This document shows positions 37,643 to 47,396 of a stretch of DNA of 64,000 bases, piece by piece; positions within the stretch are counted from its first letter, which is position 1, and every line of letters begins with the position of its first letter. Origin of the DNA: Gemmatimonadaceae bacterium (GTDB taxonomy: Bacteria; Gemmatimonadota; Gemmatimonadetes; Gemmatimonadales; Gemmatimonadaceae); assembly GCA_051859245.1 (NCBI GenBank), contig JBHYGA010000001.1, forward strand, positions 256,001-320,000, given 5' to 3'. The position numbers were made by a program, and so were the translations under genes. The notes under the pieces were generated by a model that did no database searches, had not been told where the DNA came from, and was given only the letters and a program-made list of their open reading frames with translations.

Positions 37643-38593
37643 ATGCAAACGCGAGGTGTGTTGCTCCTGCTGCTGGCCCTCTGTGCGAACGTGTTGTCGG
37701 CGCAGGCACCGGTTGGCTCGGGTCGCGCCGTGTTGGTTACTGGTGCGAGCAGCGGCATCGGACGCACCATTACCGAGCATCTCGCGGCGCGTGGATTCTT
37801 TGTGTACGGCACGGCACGAAAGCCCGAGGATATCGCGGAGCTGAGTCGTATTCCTAATGTGCAGGGCGTGCGACTGGACGTGACCGTACAGTCGGAGATC
37901 GATTCCGCCGTAGCGACCGTTCGCCGTGGCGGTCGCGGCTTGTATGCCGTGGTGAACAACGCTGGCATTGCCGCGATCGCGCCGCTCATTGAAATGGCGG
38001 ATCGTGATCTCACCAACATGATCGATGTGAATGTGCTCGGCCCCTTCCGCGTGACCAAGGCGTTCGCGCCGCTGATCATTCAGGCGAAAGGACGTGTGGT
38101 GATGATCAGTTCAATCTCTGGCGTGCTCTCCGGTGCGCTGTTCGGCGGCTACAGCATGAGCAAACACGCTGTGGAGGCATACGGAGACGCGTTGGCAACG
38201 GAGATGGCGCGTTTCAATGTTGGTGTGAGTCTGGTGGAGCCGGGCAATTTTCGCTCCGAGATCGGGCGGAACACCACGGGGCAGATTGAGCGAGCCATCG
38301 CGGCCAATCCGAACTCGCCGTACATCACGCAAATGCAGAACATGATTCCGGCGATGGCGGCGTATGAGGAGCGATATCCGCTGCCAACCGCTGTGGCCGA
38401 AGCGGTGGCGCATGCGATTACGGATTCAGTGCCACGCCGGCGTTACATGGTGGTGCCGGTGGCGAGAGAGGGTGAGGTGACCATTCGGAAGGCCGTCGAA
38501 GAGCTGGTACAGCTCAACCAGTGGAATGCGTTCAAGTTTGACCGCAACGCGCTCGTGCGCATGCTCGATTCGGTACTCGCTCGACATCCGTAA
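37643..38593 (+). CDS. SDR family oxidoreductase with N-terminal signal peptide
   Basis: TGASSGIG, NNAG, YSMSK, VEPG. Confidence 0.9.
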   Translation: MQTRGVLLLLLALCANVLSAQAPVGSGRAVLVTGASSGIGRTITEHLAARGFFVYGTARKPEDIAELSRIPNVQGVRLDVTVQSEIDSAVATVRRGGRGLYAVVNNAGIAAIAPLIEMADRDLTNMIDVNVLGPFRVTKAFAPLIIQAKGRVVMISSISGVLSGALFGGYSMSKHAVEAYGDALATEMARFNVGVSLVEPGNFRSEIGRNTTGQIERAIAANPNSPYITQMQNMIPAMAAYEERYPLPTAVAEAVAHAITDSVPRRRYMVVPVAREGEVTIRKAVEELVQLNQWNAFKFDRNALVRMLDSVLARHP

Positions 38594-38632
38594 AGCGCTG
38601 CCCCTGTCGCACCCATTTCGCCCGCCCACCTA

Positions 38633-40204
38633 GTGACGATCCATTTTTCGCCCGTCCTTTTTGCGCTCGCGTTTGTCTCGTTAGCAGTAGCTCTCACGGC
38701 CTTCGGACGGCGACTTCCTGTACCGCCGCCGGTACTGCAGGTGTTGGCCGGGCTCGCGGTCGGGTTCGTACCTGGTGTGTCCATGCCGGCGCTTGATCCG
38801 GATGTGGTGTTCTTCGTATTTCTGCCGCCCATCCTCTGGGCAGCGGCGTTCTTTACGTCGCTGCGTGAATTCAAGGCCAATCGGCGACCAATTGGTTTGC
38901 TGGCGATCGGATTGGTGCTGGTCACCACAGTCGCCGTTGCATTTGTCGCACGCGCACTGATTCCGGATTTACCATGGGCTGCGGCCGTCGCGCTGGGCGC
39001 GATTGTGTCGCCACCAGATGCCGTCGCGGCAACAGCGATTGTGTCACGATTGCCGGTGCCGAGTCGTGTGATCGTGATTCTCGAGGGCGAAAGTCTCGTC
39101 AACGATGCATCTGCCCTCGTTTTGTATCGAACGGCGATTGCAGCGGCCGTGACCGGCGCATTCAGTCTCGGCGAAGCGATCGTTCGGTTTTTTCTCGACG
39201 CCGCAGTGGGTGTGATGATCGGGCTGATGGTGGGATGGCTGATCATCTGGGCCGCGAAGCGAACACGCGATGAGCTCGCGGAAACAATGCTCACGCTCGC
39301 GGGGCCGTACGCTGCGTGGGTGCTCGCGGAGCTGTTACATGTGTCCGCTGTGTTGGCCTGTGTCGCCGGCGGACTGTACGTGCGTCAGCATTTGTCCATG
39401 GCAGTTGGACCACGCTCCCGACTGCAATCGCGGGCAGTGTGGGATCTGCTCGTGTTCACGCTGAACGCGCTGATCTTTCTTATTCTTGGCTTGCAGTTCG
39501 CGGAGCTGATTCAAACCGCTGAGGCGGCGGCGTTGCGCGGTGCCATGTGGCAGGGATTGATTATCGGTGCCGTTGCCATTGTGGTACGATTGCTGTGGGT
39601 GCCGATCGCCACCTGGTTGCCACGTTTGCTGAGCGCCGAGGTGCGTCGAACCGATCCCATTCCAGACTGGCGCGCCGTGTTCCTGATTTCGTGGACCAGC
39701 ATGCGAGGCATTGTGTCGTTAGCGACGGCACTCGCCATTCCGCTCACGTTGGAGAACGGCAATCCGTTTCCGTATCGCGAACAGCTGATCTTTATCACCA
39801 TGTGTGTGATTCTCCTCACGCTGGTGCTGCAAGGGCTGTCGCTGTCGAGCACGATCAAGGCGTTCAAGTTTGCGCCAGAGATCGCGCATCGCGACGAGGA
39901 GCGGTTGGCCCGCAGAGAGGCCCTGCGACGCGCCGCCGAAGCGCTCGACGACGCGGCGCGCGAACCATGGGCTGATCCCAACGATGTGGCCTGGCTGCGC
40001 AGCGAACTGCGCGACCGGGCGCAACTTCACCAGTCAAATAATGGCGCAACCCGCGGGCGCCTGCGTGAGCGGATGCTCGAGGCAGAGCGCCGGTTGCTGG
40101 TGCGCATGCGCAACGAAGGCGCAATCTCCGACGAAGTCCTGCGAGAGCTGGAGCAGGAAATCGATCTCGATGCGCTACGGCACACGCGTGGTGCCTTCCG
40201 GTAA
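38633..40204 (+). CDS. Na+/H+ antiporter, CPA1 family
   Basis: FLPPIL, SPPDAVA, LEGESLVNDA, MRGIVSLA, GAISDEV. Confidence 0.92.
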   Translation: MTIHFSPVLFALAFVSLAVALTAFGRRLPVPPPVLQVLAGLAVGFVPGVSMPALDPDVVFFVFLPPILWAAAFFTSLREFKANRRPIGLLAIGLVLVTTVAVAFVARALIPDLPWAAAVALGAIVSPPDAVAATAIVSRLPVPSRVIVILEGESLVNDASALVLYRTAIAAAVTGAFSLGEAIVRFFLDAAVGVMIGLMVGWLIIWAAKRTRDELAETMLTLAGPYAAWVLAELLHVSAVLACVAGGLYVRQHLSMAVGPRSRLQSRAVWDLLVFTLNALIFLILGLQFAELIQTAEAAALRGAMWQGLIIGAVAIVVRLLWVPIATWLPRLLSAEVRRTDPIPDWRAVFLISWTSMRGIVSLATALAIPLTLENGNPFPYREQLIFITMCVILLTLVLQGLSLSSTIKAFKFAPEIAHRDEERLARREALRRAAEALDDAAREPWADPNDVAWLRSELRDRAQLHQSNNGATRGRLRERMLEAERRLLVRMRNEGAISDEVLRELEQEIDLDALRHTRGAFR

Positions 40205-41155
40205 GCGGTCCAGTCGGTCGAGGCGCTCCACGTCAATTGCAATCACGTCGTCGCCACCAGCAGAGGAGAAGATGCTGGCGAATTTTGCATCCCACGTGAC
40301 TTCGTCCCACAAGTACGACGTGCGCACCGATACCTGCGTGGAGAACGTCTCTTCATGCGCCGTTACCAGAATCACAAACTCCGCTTCCGACTCGCGCAAG
40401 GATTCCGGCGTGACGCCAAACAGAGGACTGTCTTCCACAATCGGATGCACCACGGTCCAGTGCAAGGGGAAGAAGGCCACGGATGTGCGTTCCAGTGCCA
40501 GCGTGTGAAAGTTTCGCTCCCGAACGCCATCAAACATTTCGAAGCGAGAGAGATTTACCGTGACGGCCACGTTGCTCAGTTCGCTCGGCAACACGTTCAC
40601 CATGCGAAACATGAAGCCGCGGCCGCCTTCGTAAGGCGCGACGACGGCGCTCTCGCTGAAGCGTATCTGGGCGCGTGGTCGGATGAGACGGGCCAGCAGC
40701 AGTCCGCCGGCAATCACCAACGTGATCGGACCGAACAGCGACTCGACGACAACGAGCCAGTTGGCCGTTGTACCCGAGGCATGCAGTGCGGAAGTGCCAT
40801 TCGTCGTAAACACTGACACACTGAAGACAAACGCGCGCAGGAATGGATCGTCAATGCCGATCGCGGCGTCTGAGGTGATCGCGTTTTCGCCGAGCGCTGT
40901 GTAGGCGAGCGCAAAAACGCCGTTGATGAAGAGAACCAGTCCAATCGTCCATGCAAAGAACGTCAGCCACGACGCCTGCAGTGCTCGCAGGTAGAGCTTT
41001 TCGGCATTCTGCGCGCCAAGACCAAACTTGCGCGCTGTGGGTTTTCCGTCGCGCGTGAGAAATCGACCACGGGCTTGTTGCGAGACAAATCGTCCAAACC
41101 CGAGATCATCATCGGCGCCAGCCTGTGCCGGCTCGGAGGGCTGAGTGGAGGTCAC
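40175..41155 (-). CDS. KirBac-type inward-rectifier channel homologue with non-canonical filter
   Basis: Two TM helices and pore helix FVFSVSVFTTNGTS; RPRAQIRFS, FRMVN, WTVVHPI..SPL, RTSY; GTG start overlaps the upstream TGA. Confidence 0.85.
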   Translation of the reverse strand: MTSTQPSEPAQAGADDDLGFGRFVSQQARGRFLTRDGKPTARKFGLGAQNAEKLYLRALQASWLTFFAWTIGLVLFINGVFALAYTALGENAITSDAAIGIDDPFLRAFVFSVSVFTTNGTSALHASGTTANWLVVVESLFGPITLVIAGGLLLARLIRPRAQIRFSESAVVAPYEGGRGFMFRMVNVLPSELSNVAVTVNLSRFEMFDGVRERNFHTLALERTSVAFFPLHWTVVHPIVEDSPLFGVTPESLRESEAEFVILVTAHEETFSTQVSVRTSYLWDEVTWDAKFASIFSSAGGDDVIAIDVERLDRLDRLPEGTTRVP

Positions 41156-41814
41156 GGTGTTGGTTGTTGCGGGGGCGTGGCACTTGTGGAGTCGACGACC
41201 CATACGCCGTCAACGAGAGTTACGATGAGCGGTGTTCGCAAACTCTGTGAGTCAGGATGTGCCACACCCGGCGCTCGGCGCATGATCACACGTGCGTTTC
41301 CGTCCCATCTCGCGCTATCCGGCCCCCATCGCTCCGGGCTGATCTCCCATTCAATGGTCAACCCCGTGGAATCCATGCGATAGATGCGGGCGCGGTTTGG
41401 ATCGTAGGCCGCTTCGGTGTCCCAGGACGCGGTGATAAATCGCTGTGAATCTGGCGCCACGACAGGGCGCGCGTCGAGTTCACTGACCAGTCCGGTGCGT
41501 GCATCGATCAATCGAAAGGAGCGACCTTCAATCAGCTGCAGTTCCACGAGATACGCGTCGAGTTCCTTGATGACACCGCGATATACGTGGTGATACCCGT
41601 CCTCCACGCCGCGCGGTGTGTCGGTAAACACGACGGTGTCGTGGCCGGGAATAGCGATCCGGATCTGATCATTGATGCGCGCCACGTTCCCGTCGCGCGC
41701 GGTACGTTCGCGATCGGCGCTGGCAGGTGGTGCGGATTCTTCACTGCCGTCTGTGTTCGCGCAGCCGAGCGCGAAGAGTGCGGCAAATAATAGTAGCGGT
41801 CGTGTGAAGGACAT
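41152..41814 (-). CDS. Hypothetical lipoprotein
   Basis: [18 protein letters not shown] lipobox; [10 protein letters not shown] propeller-like motif. Confidence 0.7.
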   Translation of the reverse strand: MSFTRPLLLFAALFALGCANTDGSEESAPPASADRERTARDGNVARINDQIRIAIPGHDTVVFTDTPRGVEDGYHHVYRGVIKELDAYLVELQLIEGRSFRLIDARTGLVSELDARPVVAPDSQRFITASWDTEAAYDPNRARIYRMDSTGLTIEWEISPERWGPDSARWDGNARVIMRRAPGVAHPDSQSLRTPLIVTLVDGVWVVDSTSATPPQQPTP

Positions 41815-42003
41815 CACTCGCGGCGATCTCGTGATTGGGGTGCGCACCATGCATCCAGCGTACACATGATCTTGTCGGGGCGGTCGTCTCGTGTCAAACC
41901 CGTGACGTTCAGCGGGCACGAATACACGACGCGGCGCATTAGCAGCACACAAGACAGTTGTTCGTTCGCGATGTATCGTAGTTCACGCACTTCCAGGCAA
42001 CTC

Positions 42004-42417
42004 ATGCAAGACATTATTGACACCGCAGTGGCCGCAGGCACGTTCAACACCCTCGCCACCGCGCTGACGGCAGCCGGTTTGATTGACACGCTCAAGGGTG
42101 CAGGCCCGTTCACCGTGCTGGCGCCAACGGACGATGCGTTCGCGAAAATCCCGCAGGCCGATCTGGACGCCTTGCTCGCCGACAAGGCGAAGCTGACGGC
42201 CGTGCTGACCTATCATGTGATTGCCGGCAACGTACCGGCGGCCACGGTAGTGACGCTCACGGAAGCCGACACCGTTGAAGGCAGCAAGCTCGCAATTGCC
42301 GTGGTAGACGGCGGTGTTGTACTCAATGGCACAAGTCATGTCACGGCCACGGATATCGCGGCGTCGAACGGCGTGATTCACGTGATCGACTCGGTCCTGA
42401 TGCCGACGGCTCACTAA
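42004..42417 (+). CDS. Fasciclin (FAS1) domain protein
   Basis: [45 protein letters not shown]. Confidence 0.93.
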   Translation: MQDIIDTAVAAGTFNTLATALTAAGLIDTLKGAGPFTVLAPTDDAFAKIPQADLDALLADKAKLTAVLTYHVIAGNVPAATVVTLTEADTVEGSKLAIAVVDGGVVLNGTSHVTATDIAASNGVIHVIDSVLMPTAH

Positions 42418-42433
42418 GTTTCCGCAGTAAGTG

Positions 42434-42473
42434 GCGCCCGTCACGCATGCCGTGGCGGGCGCTGTTGTTTTTT
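42434..42473 (+). terminator. Rho-independent terminator
   Basis: GCGCCCGTCACG-CATGC-CGTGGCGGGCGC followed by TGTTGTTTTTT. Confidence 0.75.
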
Positions 42474-42539
42474 GCGCCGAACGCTCACAATTCTTCTGTA
42501 TCCCGTTGGAATGCGACTCCGCTGACAGGAGACTCTCGC

Positions 42540-43052
42540 GTGTTAGCTCCCGACGTCCGTACCGCACTGCAGCAGCTCTTCGCTGAACTTACGTCAGGTC
42601 CGGAGCGTCCTGGCGCTGCATTCATTCTGAACTCTGGCGACGCGGGATTGATGCGTTCGCTGGCCCGACTGAGCCCCGACGATGCGTCCATGAACGCAAG
42701 CGGCGGCGCGACAATCGCAGCGCATGCACAGCACCTGCGCTATGGACTGGCGCTCATGAACCAATGGTCGCGTGAAGGTGGCAATCCATTTGCCGACGCG
42801 ACGTGGGAGGACGCATGGACGATTTCGTCCGTTGACGCGTCGCAATGGGACGAAATCCTGCGCGGATTGCAGCGTGAAGTTGAACAGTGGCACGCCGCGC
42901 TGGGTTCGCCGCGAGCGTTGCAGCCGGTGGAACTGTCCGGCCTGATCTCGAGTGTAGCTCATCTCGCGTATCACCTCGGTGCCATCCGGCAGATTGCAAA
43001 GGCGGCGCGGGGCCCCAGAGAGGGCGCCTATCATCCACAGGGTTCGGGCTGA
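42540..43052 (+). CDS. DinB family protein
   Basis: TIAAHAQHL and AHLAYHLGAIRQ; GTG start with AGGAG RBS. Confidence 0.8.
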   Translation: MLAPDVRTALQQLFAELTSGPERPGAAFILNSGDAGLMRSLARLSPDDASMNASGGATIAAHAQHLRYGLALMNQWSREGGNPFADATWEDAWTISSVDASQWDEILRGLQREVEQWHAALGSPRALQPVELSGLISSVAHLAYHLGAIRQIAKAARGPREGAYHPQGSG

Positions 43053-43166
43053 TCGAACCGGTTCGCGTTGTCGCACTGGTTTCTTTGAGCGTCAGGCTGC
43101 AATCTTGAATGCTCGGCTGCCCTCATTCCCGCCCAGTCTCGCCCATTGTTCGAGCCAACACCGCCT

Positions 43167-43922
43167 ATGACGCGCTCCCCGCTGTCTCTCACCGCACTGT
43201 GCGCCACGCTGCTCTTTTCGCTGGTGTTGCCGCCGACCTCGGTCGCGTCTGCGCAGGCTGCTGCCGCCAACACGCTTTCGGACGCAGAGAAACAAGCTGG
43301 CTGGAAGCTGTTGTTCGACGGCACATCGCTCGCCGCATGGCGTGGTTATCAGCAAACGGATCTGCCCCCGGAGTGGGTGGCCGTGGACGGCACGATGGGG
43401 AAGGTGAAGACCACCAATGACATCGTGACGCGCGAGCAGTATGGCGACTTTGAACTGGTGCTCGACTGGAAGCTAGCACTGCGTGGCAACTCCGGCATTT
43501 TTTATCGCGCCACGGAGAAGGAAACGAAAGTGTACTGGAGTGCGCCGGAGTATCAGCTCGCGGAAGACTCGCTCACGCCGGATAGTCGCAACATCATGAC
43601 GTCGGTGGCGGCGGTCTATGGTTTCTATCCGTCAAAGCGGGGCGTCGTGCGTCCGGCCGGTGAGTGGAACACCACGCGCATTGTGGCCAAGGGCCCGCAC
43701 GTGGAACACTGGCTGAACGGACAACTCATCGCCCAATACGAAATGTGGTCCGACGAGTGGAATCGCAAACTGCACGGCGATCCAGCAGACTCCACCAAGC
43801 GGCCGCTCAAGTTCGCGCCGTACAAGGATTTTGCCATGGCGAAGCGCGGACACATTGCGATTCAGGGAGATCACAACGGCGCGCTTTCCATGCGCAATAT
43901 CAAGATTCGCGAGTTGAAGTAG
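43167..43922 (+). CDS. DUF1080 (3-keto-disaccharide hydrolase family) secreted protein
   Basis: GWKLLFDG, YGDFEL, GNSGIF, GEWN, VEHWLNG, GHIAIQGDH, RNIKIREL. Confidence 0.9.
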   Translation: MTRSPLSLTALCATLLFSLVLPPTSVASAQAAAANTLSDAEKQAGWKLLFDGTSLAAWRGYQQTDLPPEWVAVDGTMGKVKTTNDIVTREQYGDFELVLDWKLALRGNSGIFYRATEKETKVYWSAPEYQLAEDSLTPDSRNIMTSVAAVYGFYPSKRGVVRPAGEWNTTRIVAKGPHVEHWLNGQLIAQYEMWSDEWNRKLHGDPADSTKRPLKFAPYKDFAMAKRGHIAIQGDHNGALSMRNIKIRELK

Positions 43923-43933
43923 GCGTCTCAGAA

Positions 43934-45904
43934 TCATGGCAGGTTGCCGAACGGCAACAACCAACTCGCCGTGCCGCTCCGCAGGAAGAACACGTGATCA
44001 AAGTTCTCCGGCAGGCGATAGGTGGTGACGTACTGCAGTTCGTTCACCGGATCATAGCCTGCGCCAAGGAATCGCATGCGCAGCGGACCGCCAAGCGACG
44101 CGCGAAAGCCTGCGCCGGTGCCCGAGAGCAACTGCCGCGCATCAAACATGAGATAGTCGCCGTCAACGAGTGAGAACATTTCTTCGAATGATTGCGTGGC
44201 GATGAGGTTGGCGCTCCACGCGCGCAGTCCGAGAGCCGCCGCCGATCCCGTGCCAACAGCGTTAAAGTCGCCACGACGAAACATGAGCGCGACACTGCGA
44301 TACTGAGTGCCGAGCGCGTCGCGAAGCAGCGCGCCCATCCACGTGCCGGAGACAGCCACGTGAGCGTTGTGCGCCCATAACATCATGCGCGTGCCGGACG
44401 GCGCCTGCGACTGCAGCCAGAGAACGTTCGCTGCCATGCTGCTGTCCCGAATGGCCGACCGGAGGGACTGCGATTCCTCGTTCGCCATGGACTCCCACTG
44501 CTGTACTATGTGCATACTCTGCAGCATGTACGTAGTCGTTGGCGTGTTCAGGGTGGTGTGTTGAGCACGCATGATTGATGTCACGGAGTCGATGCCGGCG
44601 CGGCAGGCGTCACGCGCGGCGACTGGTTGCGCGCGATAGGCCGCCATAGGTGAGGTCGTGGTATTTCCGCGTCGCCGGTACGCGCTCAAACATCCGAGGC
44701 TGGCGTCAACGAAGGCACGCTGCGTTGGTAACGCGCGCGTGACGTATGCGTCGATCGAATCAAGCGGCGTGGAGACCGACTGCATATCGAAGCCCTGAAA
44801 ACGCACGCGCTGATTCGACGGTGCGGTGCGATTCCATTCGCGCATCCAGACAATCAGGTCGCGCACTTCTTCTGTGTTCCACGTCCAGAACCCGAGTCGC
44901 TGCAACAGCTGAGATGCATCACCCGGGCCACCCTGCACGTACGCATCGATCTCACTACTCTCGCCCCACGCTCCTTCAATACCAAAGTGCGTGAATCCCT
45001 TGTTGCGCACGAGATACTCAAACACGCGATGCTTCAGACGGAAAAACTCGCGCGTGCCATGTGTAGACTCGCCCATCCCCACAACACTGGCGTTACCAAT
45101 CATGTCGCCGAATGGTGCGAGGTCTGTGTCTGAAGGGCCAGGATCGGTGCCGGAGAAACGCACGACGGACGTTCGCAGCCAATCAAGTGCCGCGGGCGAC
45201 GCCCCTGCGCCCTCAAAATCGAGATTGCGAACTGGTGGTACCGCGGGCGCGGACGGCGCGGCAATCGAGTCAGGCAGCGGGGCCGTGTTGAGCCGCATAT
45301 CAGTGACCGGCACCGCAATGCTGACAATCTCAAAGACGCCGTCATCAACATTCATTTTGCCGGCGCCCGTTACCATCAACCCGATCGCAATATTGGTGGC
45401 ATCGGTCGCCACATCGAGCACAATAGCATACTCCGTCCAATCGGAGGTGCCGAGGATTGGCCGCGTCGACATGTTGTCAAACGCTGCGGTTCCGCCCTGT
45501 CGATCCACGCGCATCCAGAGCGCGCCACCAGTGCCGCTGAGATTTGACGCGCGCACTCGTGCGCGCCACCGGACACGCTTGCCGCGCAAGCCGTCGAGCG
45601 ATCCCACATTCTGCCCGAGGCCGCCAAAATCCGCGTCGGGGGCGAGCCGATCGCCAATCACATACGCGGAGTACTCGCCGGAGCGCTTGATCGTGCGGTC
45701 GACACCGACTTCAAATGAGTTCCCTAACTCGGGCGCCGAATTGACGCCGACACGATACCACGGAAATGGCGCGCCTTCGATGCGAATGCCTTCGTCGACA
45801 GGTTCATCGTTGGGGATCTCCTCAAACGGATTCACGATGCAGCCCGACGCAGCGATCACAAGCAGCGAGGTGAACAACGAACGCGCGCGAAGGCGACGGG
45901 GCAT
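43934..45904 (-). CDS. Erythromycin esterase family lipoprotein with N-terminal beta-sandwich domain
   Basis: Lipobox ASGC; VGMGESTHGTREF, FWTW, FQGFDMQ, RDSSMA, WAHNAHV. Confidence 0.85.
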   Translation of the reverse strand: MPRRLRARSLFTSLLVIAASGCIVNPFEEIPNDEPVDEGIRIEGAPFPWYRVGVNSAPELGNSFEVGVDRTIKRSGEYSAYVIGDRLAPDADFGGLGQNVGSLDGLRGKRVRWRARVRASNLSGTGGALWMRVDRQGGTAAFDNMSTRPILGTSDWTEYAIVLDVATDATNIAIGLMVTGAGKMNVDDGVFEIVSIAVPVTDMRLNTAPLPDSIAAPSAPAVPPVRNLDFEGAGASPAALDWLRTSVVRFSGTDPGPSDTDLAPFGDMIGNASVVGMGESTHGTREFFRLKHRVFEYLVRNKGFTHFGIEGAWGESSEIDAYVQGGPGDASQLLQRLGFWTWNTEEVRDLIVWMREWNRTAPSNQRVRFQGFDMQSVSTPLDSIDAYVTRALPTQRAFVDASLGCLSAYRRRGNTTTSPMAAYRAQPVAARDACRAGIDSVTSIMRAQHTTLNTPTTTYMLQSMHIVQQWESMANEESQSLRSAIRDSSMAANVLWLQSQAPSGTRMMLWAHNAHVAVSGTWMGALLRDALGTQYRSVALMFRRGDFNAVGTGSAAALGLRAWSANLIATQSFEEMFSLVDGDYLMFDARQLLSGTGAGFRASLGGPLRMRFLGAGYDPVNELQYVTTYRLPENFDHVFFLRSGTASWLLPFGNLP

Positions 45905-46013
45905 GGCGGCGGGGCGAGTCGTCCAGAGGCGCTGCGCGCGGACGAGTGGCGGAGGGGTGTGACGGCGGGCACAAACTGAACCCCGTACCCAGATCGCTCC
46001 GAAAAAGATCCAC

Positions 46014-46055
46014 GCCCTTCAATGCCCTTCAATGCCCTTCAATGCCGTTCAATGC
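46014..46055. repeat. 10-bp tandem repeat, about 4.2 copies
   Basis: GCCCTTCAAT x3, then GCCGTTCAAT and GC; intergenic. Confidence 0.9.
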
Positions 46056-46090
46056 TCGCGCTCGCCGCGCGGCAGCAAGATCGATCGCGC

Positions 46091-47317
46091 CTACAGCGCC
46101 ACCACGCTCGCTTGCTGATCCGCACCCGCGCGCAGCGTCAACACTGTAACCTCGGGCGGCGTGCCGAGTCGAAACGGGATGCCCCAGTAGTTGGTGCCGG
46201 GATTGATGTACAACAACGCACGTCCTCGTTGATGCACGCCCATGGCCAACTCGAGAAACGAACTCGCGAGACTCCAATTGCGCGTTGGCAGCGCGAGTTG
46301 GCCGTAGTGTGTGTGTCCACTCAACGTGAGATCAACGCCACGTTCGGCGAGCCCTGGCCAGAGCGCCGGATTGTGCGCGAGCACCACAACTGGTTCATGC
46401 ATCGGCACGTCGCGCAGCGTGCGCGCGAGATCTGGTGCGGCCGGATGTTGTGGTGCGCCTCGGCCGCTCATTGCGGCAGGATCACCTGTGCCGGCCAGCC
46501 ACAAGCGTGCACCGTTGCGCTCAAGCGCGACGCTGTCATTCACGAGCACGTGCATACCGATGGCACGCAAACCGCGCGCAACATGTGGCCAACCCGCGTA
46601 CACATCATGATTTCCCGCAATCGCGAACACGCCAAAGGGCGCGCGTAAATCACCAAGTGCCTGCGCAAGCGGCGCGACATCGTCTGCAAAATCGTCCACC
46701 TGATCACCGGTCATGACAATCAGATCCGGCGACGCGTTGCGAACCGCCTGCGCCACCTTCGTGAGAAAGTGGCGTGAGGTGTGCGGACCAATGTGCAAAT
46801 CCGACAGCTGCACAATTCGCAGTCCGTCAAATGCCGCAGGCAGTCTCGGCATGCGTACTGCGAGTTGCCGCGTGACGAGTTGGCGTGAGCCCAGATATCC
46901 CGCGATCGCGACCGCGGTCAAGAGTACCGCCTTTGCTGCGATCAGCGCTCGCGCCACGTCGCCCGACGCGCCAAAGGGCAGCCCCACGAGCGCTCCAACC
47001 ACACTCGCAATCGCCAGCAGCGGCAGCGCCAGAAAAGCGTACCAGAACGGTCGTTGCACATACAACCGCATGGCTGCGCGGGGGTACAGGCGCCCGCTCA
47101 GTCCAAGGCTGAGTGGCCAAACGGGCAGGGCGCTAAGTGCCGCCAGCGCGGCGATGGTTAGCCAGCCGCCGGGCACGACCGAGTGAAGAGCGGCCCCCAC
47201 GGCGAGCCACGACACGCCAAGCCAGACACCCACAAAGCCAAGCAGCGGCCCGATCGTGATCCCTGCTGGTGGTGCAGTCTCGCCCTCTCCTCCCATCACC
47301 GCCGCGCTGCTCGACAC
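46091..47317 (-). CDS. Membrane-anchored metallophosphoesterase (YkuE-like)
   Basis: Four TM helices; SDLHIG, TGDQVD, GNHD, LAHNP, SGHTHYGQ. Confidence 0.9.
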   Translation of the reverse strand: MSSSAAVMGGEGETAPPAGITIGPLLGFVGVWLGVSWLAVGAALHSVVPGGWLTIAALAALSALPVWPLSLGLSGRLYPRAAMRLYVQRPFWYAFLALPLLAIASVVGALVGLPFGASGDVARALIAAKAVLLTAVAIAGYLGSRQLVTRQLAVRMPRLPAAFDGLRIVQLSDLHIGPHTSRHFLTKVAQAVRNASPDLIVMTGDQVDDFADDVAPLAQALGDLRAPFGVFAIAGNHDVYAGWPHVARGLRAIGMHVLVNDSVALERNGARLWLAGTGDPAAMSGRGAPQHPAAPDLARTLRDVPMHEPVVVLAHNPALWPGLAERGVDLTLSGHTHYGQLALPTRNWSLASSFLELAMGVHQRGRALLYINPGTNYWGIPFRLGTPPEVTVLTLRAGADQQASVVAL

Positions 47318-47338
47318 GTTCTTCTCCGTAGACGATTG

Positions 47339-47387
47339 GACAAAATACGTACATTTGTAATATTGACAAATTAACGAAAGTTGTCAA
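47339..47387. promoter_or_regulatory. Two tandem inverted-repeat operators in a divergent AT-rich promoter (probable TetR sites)
   Basis: GACAAA-N9-TTTGTA (47339-47359) and TTGACAA-N11-TTGTCAA (47363-47387). Confidence 0.65.
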
Positions 47388-47396
47388 GTTGTACGC

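Noticed and set aside
46014..46055. Tandem repeat as CRISPR or iterons
   Set aside because: No spacers and no rep gene or origin features
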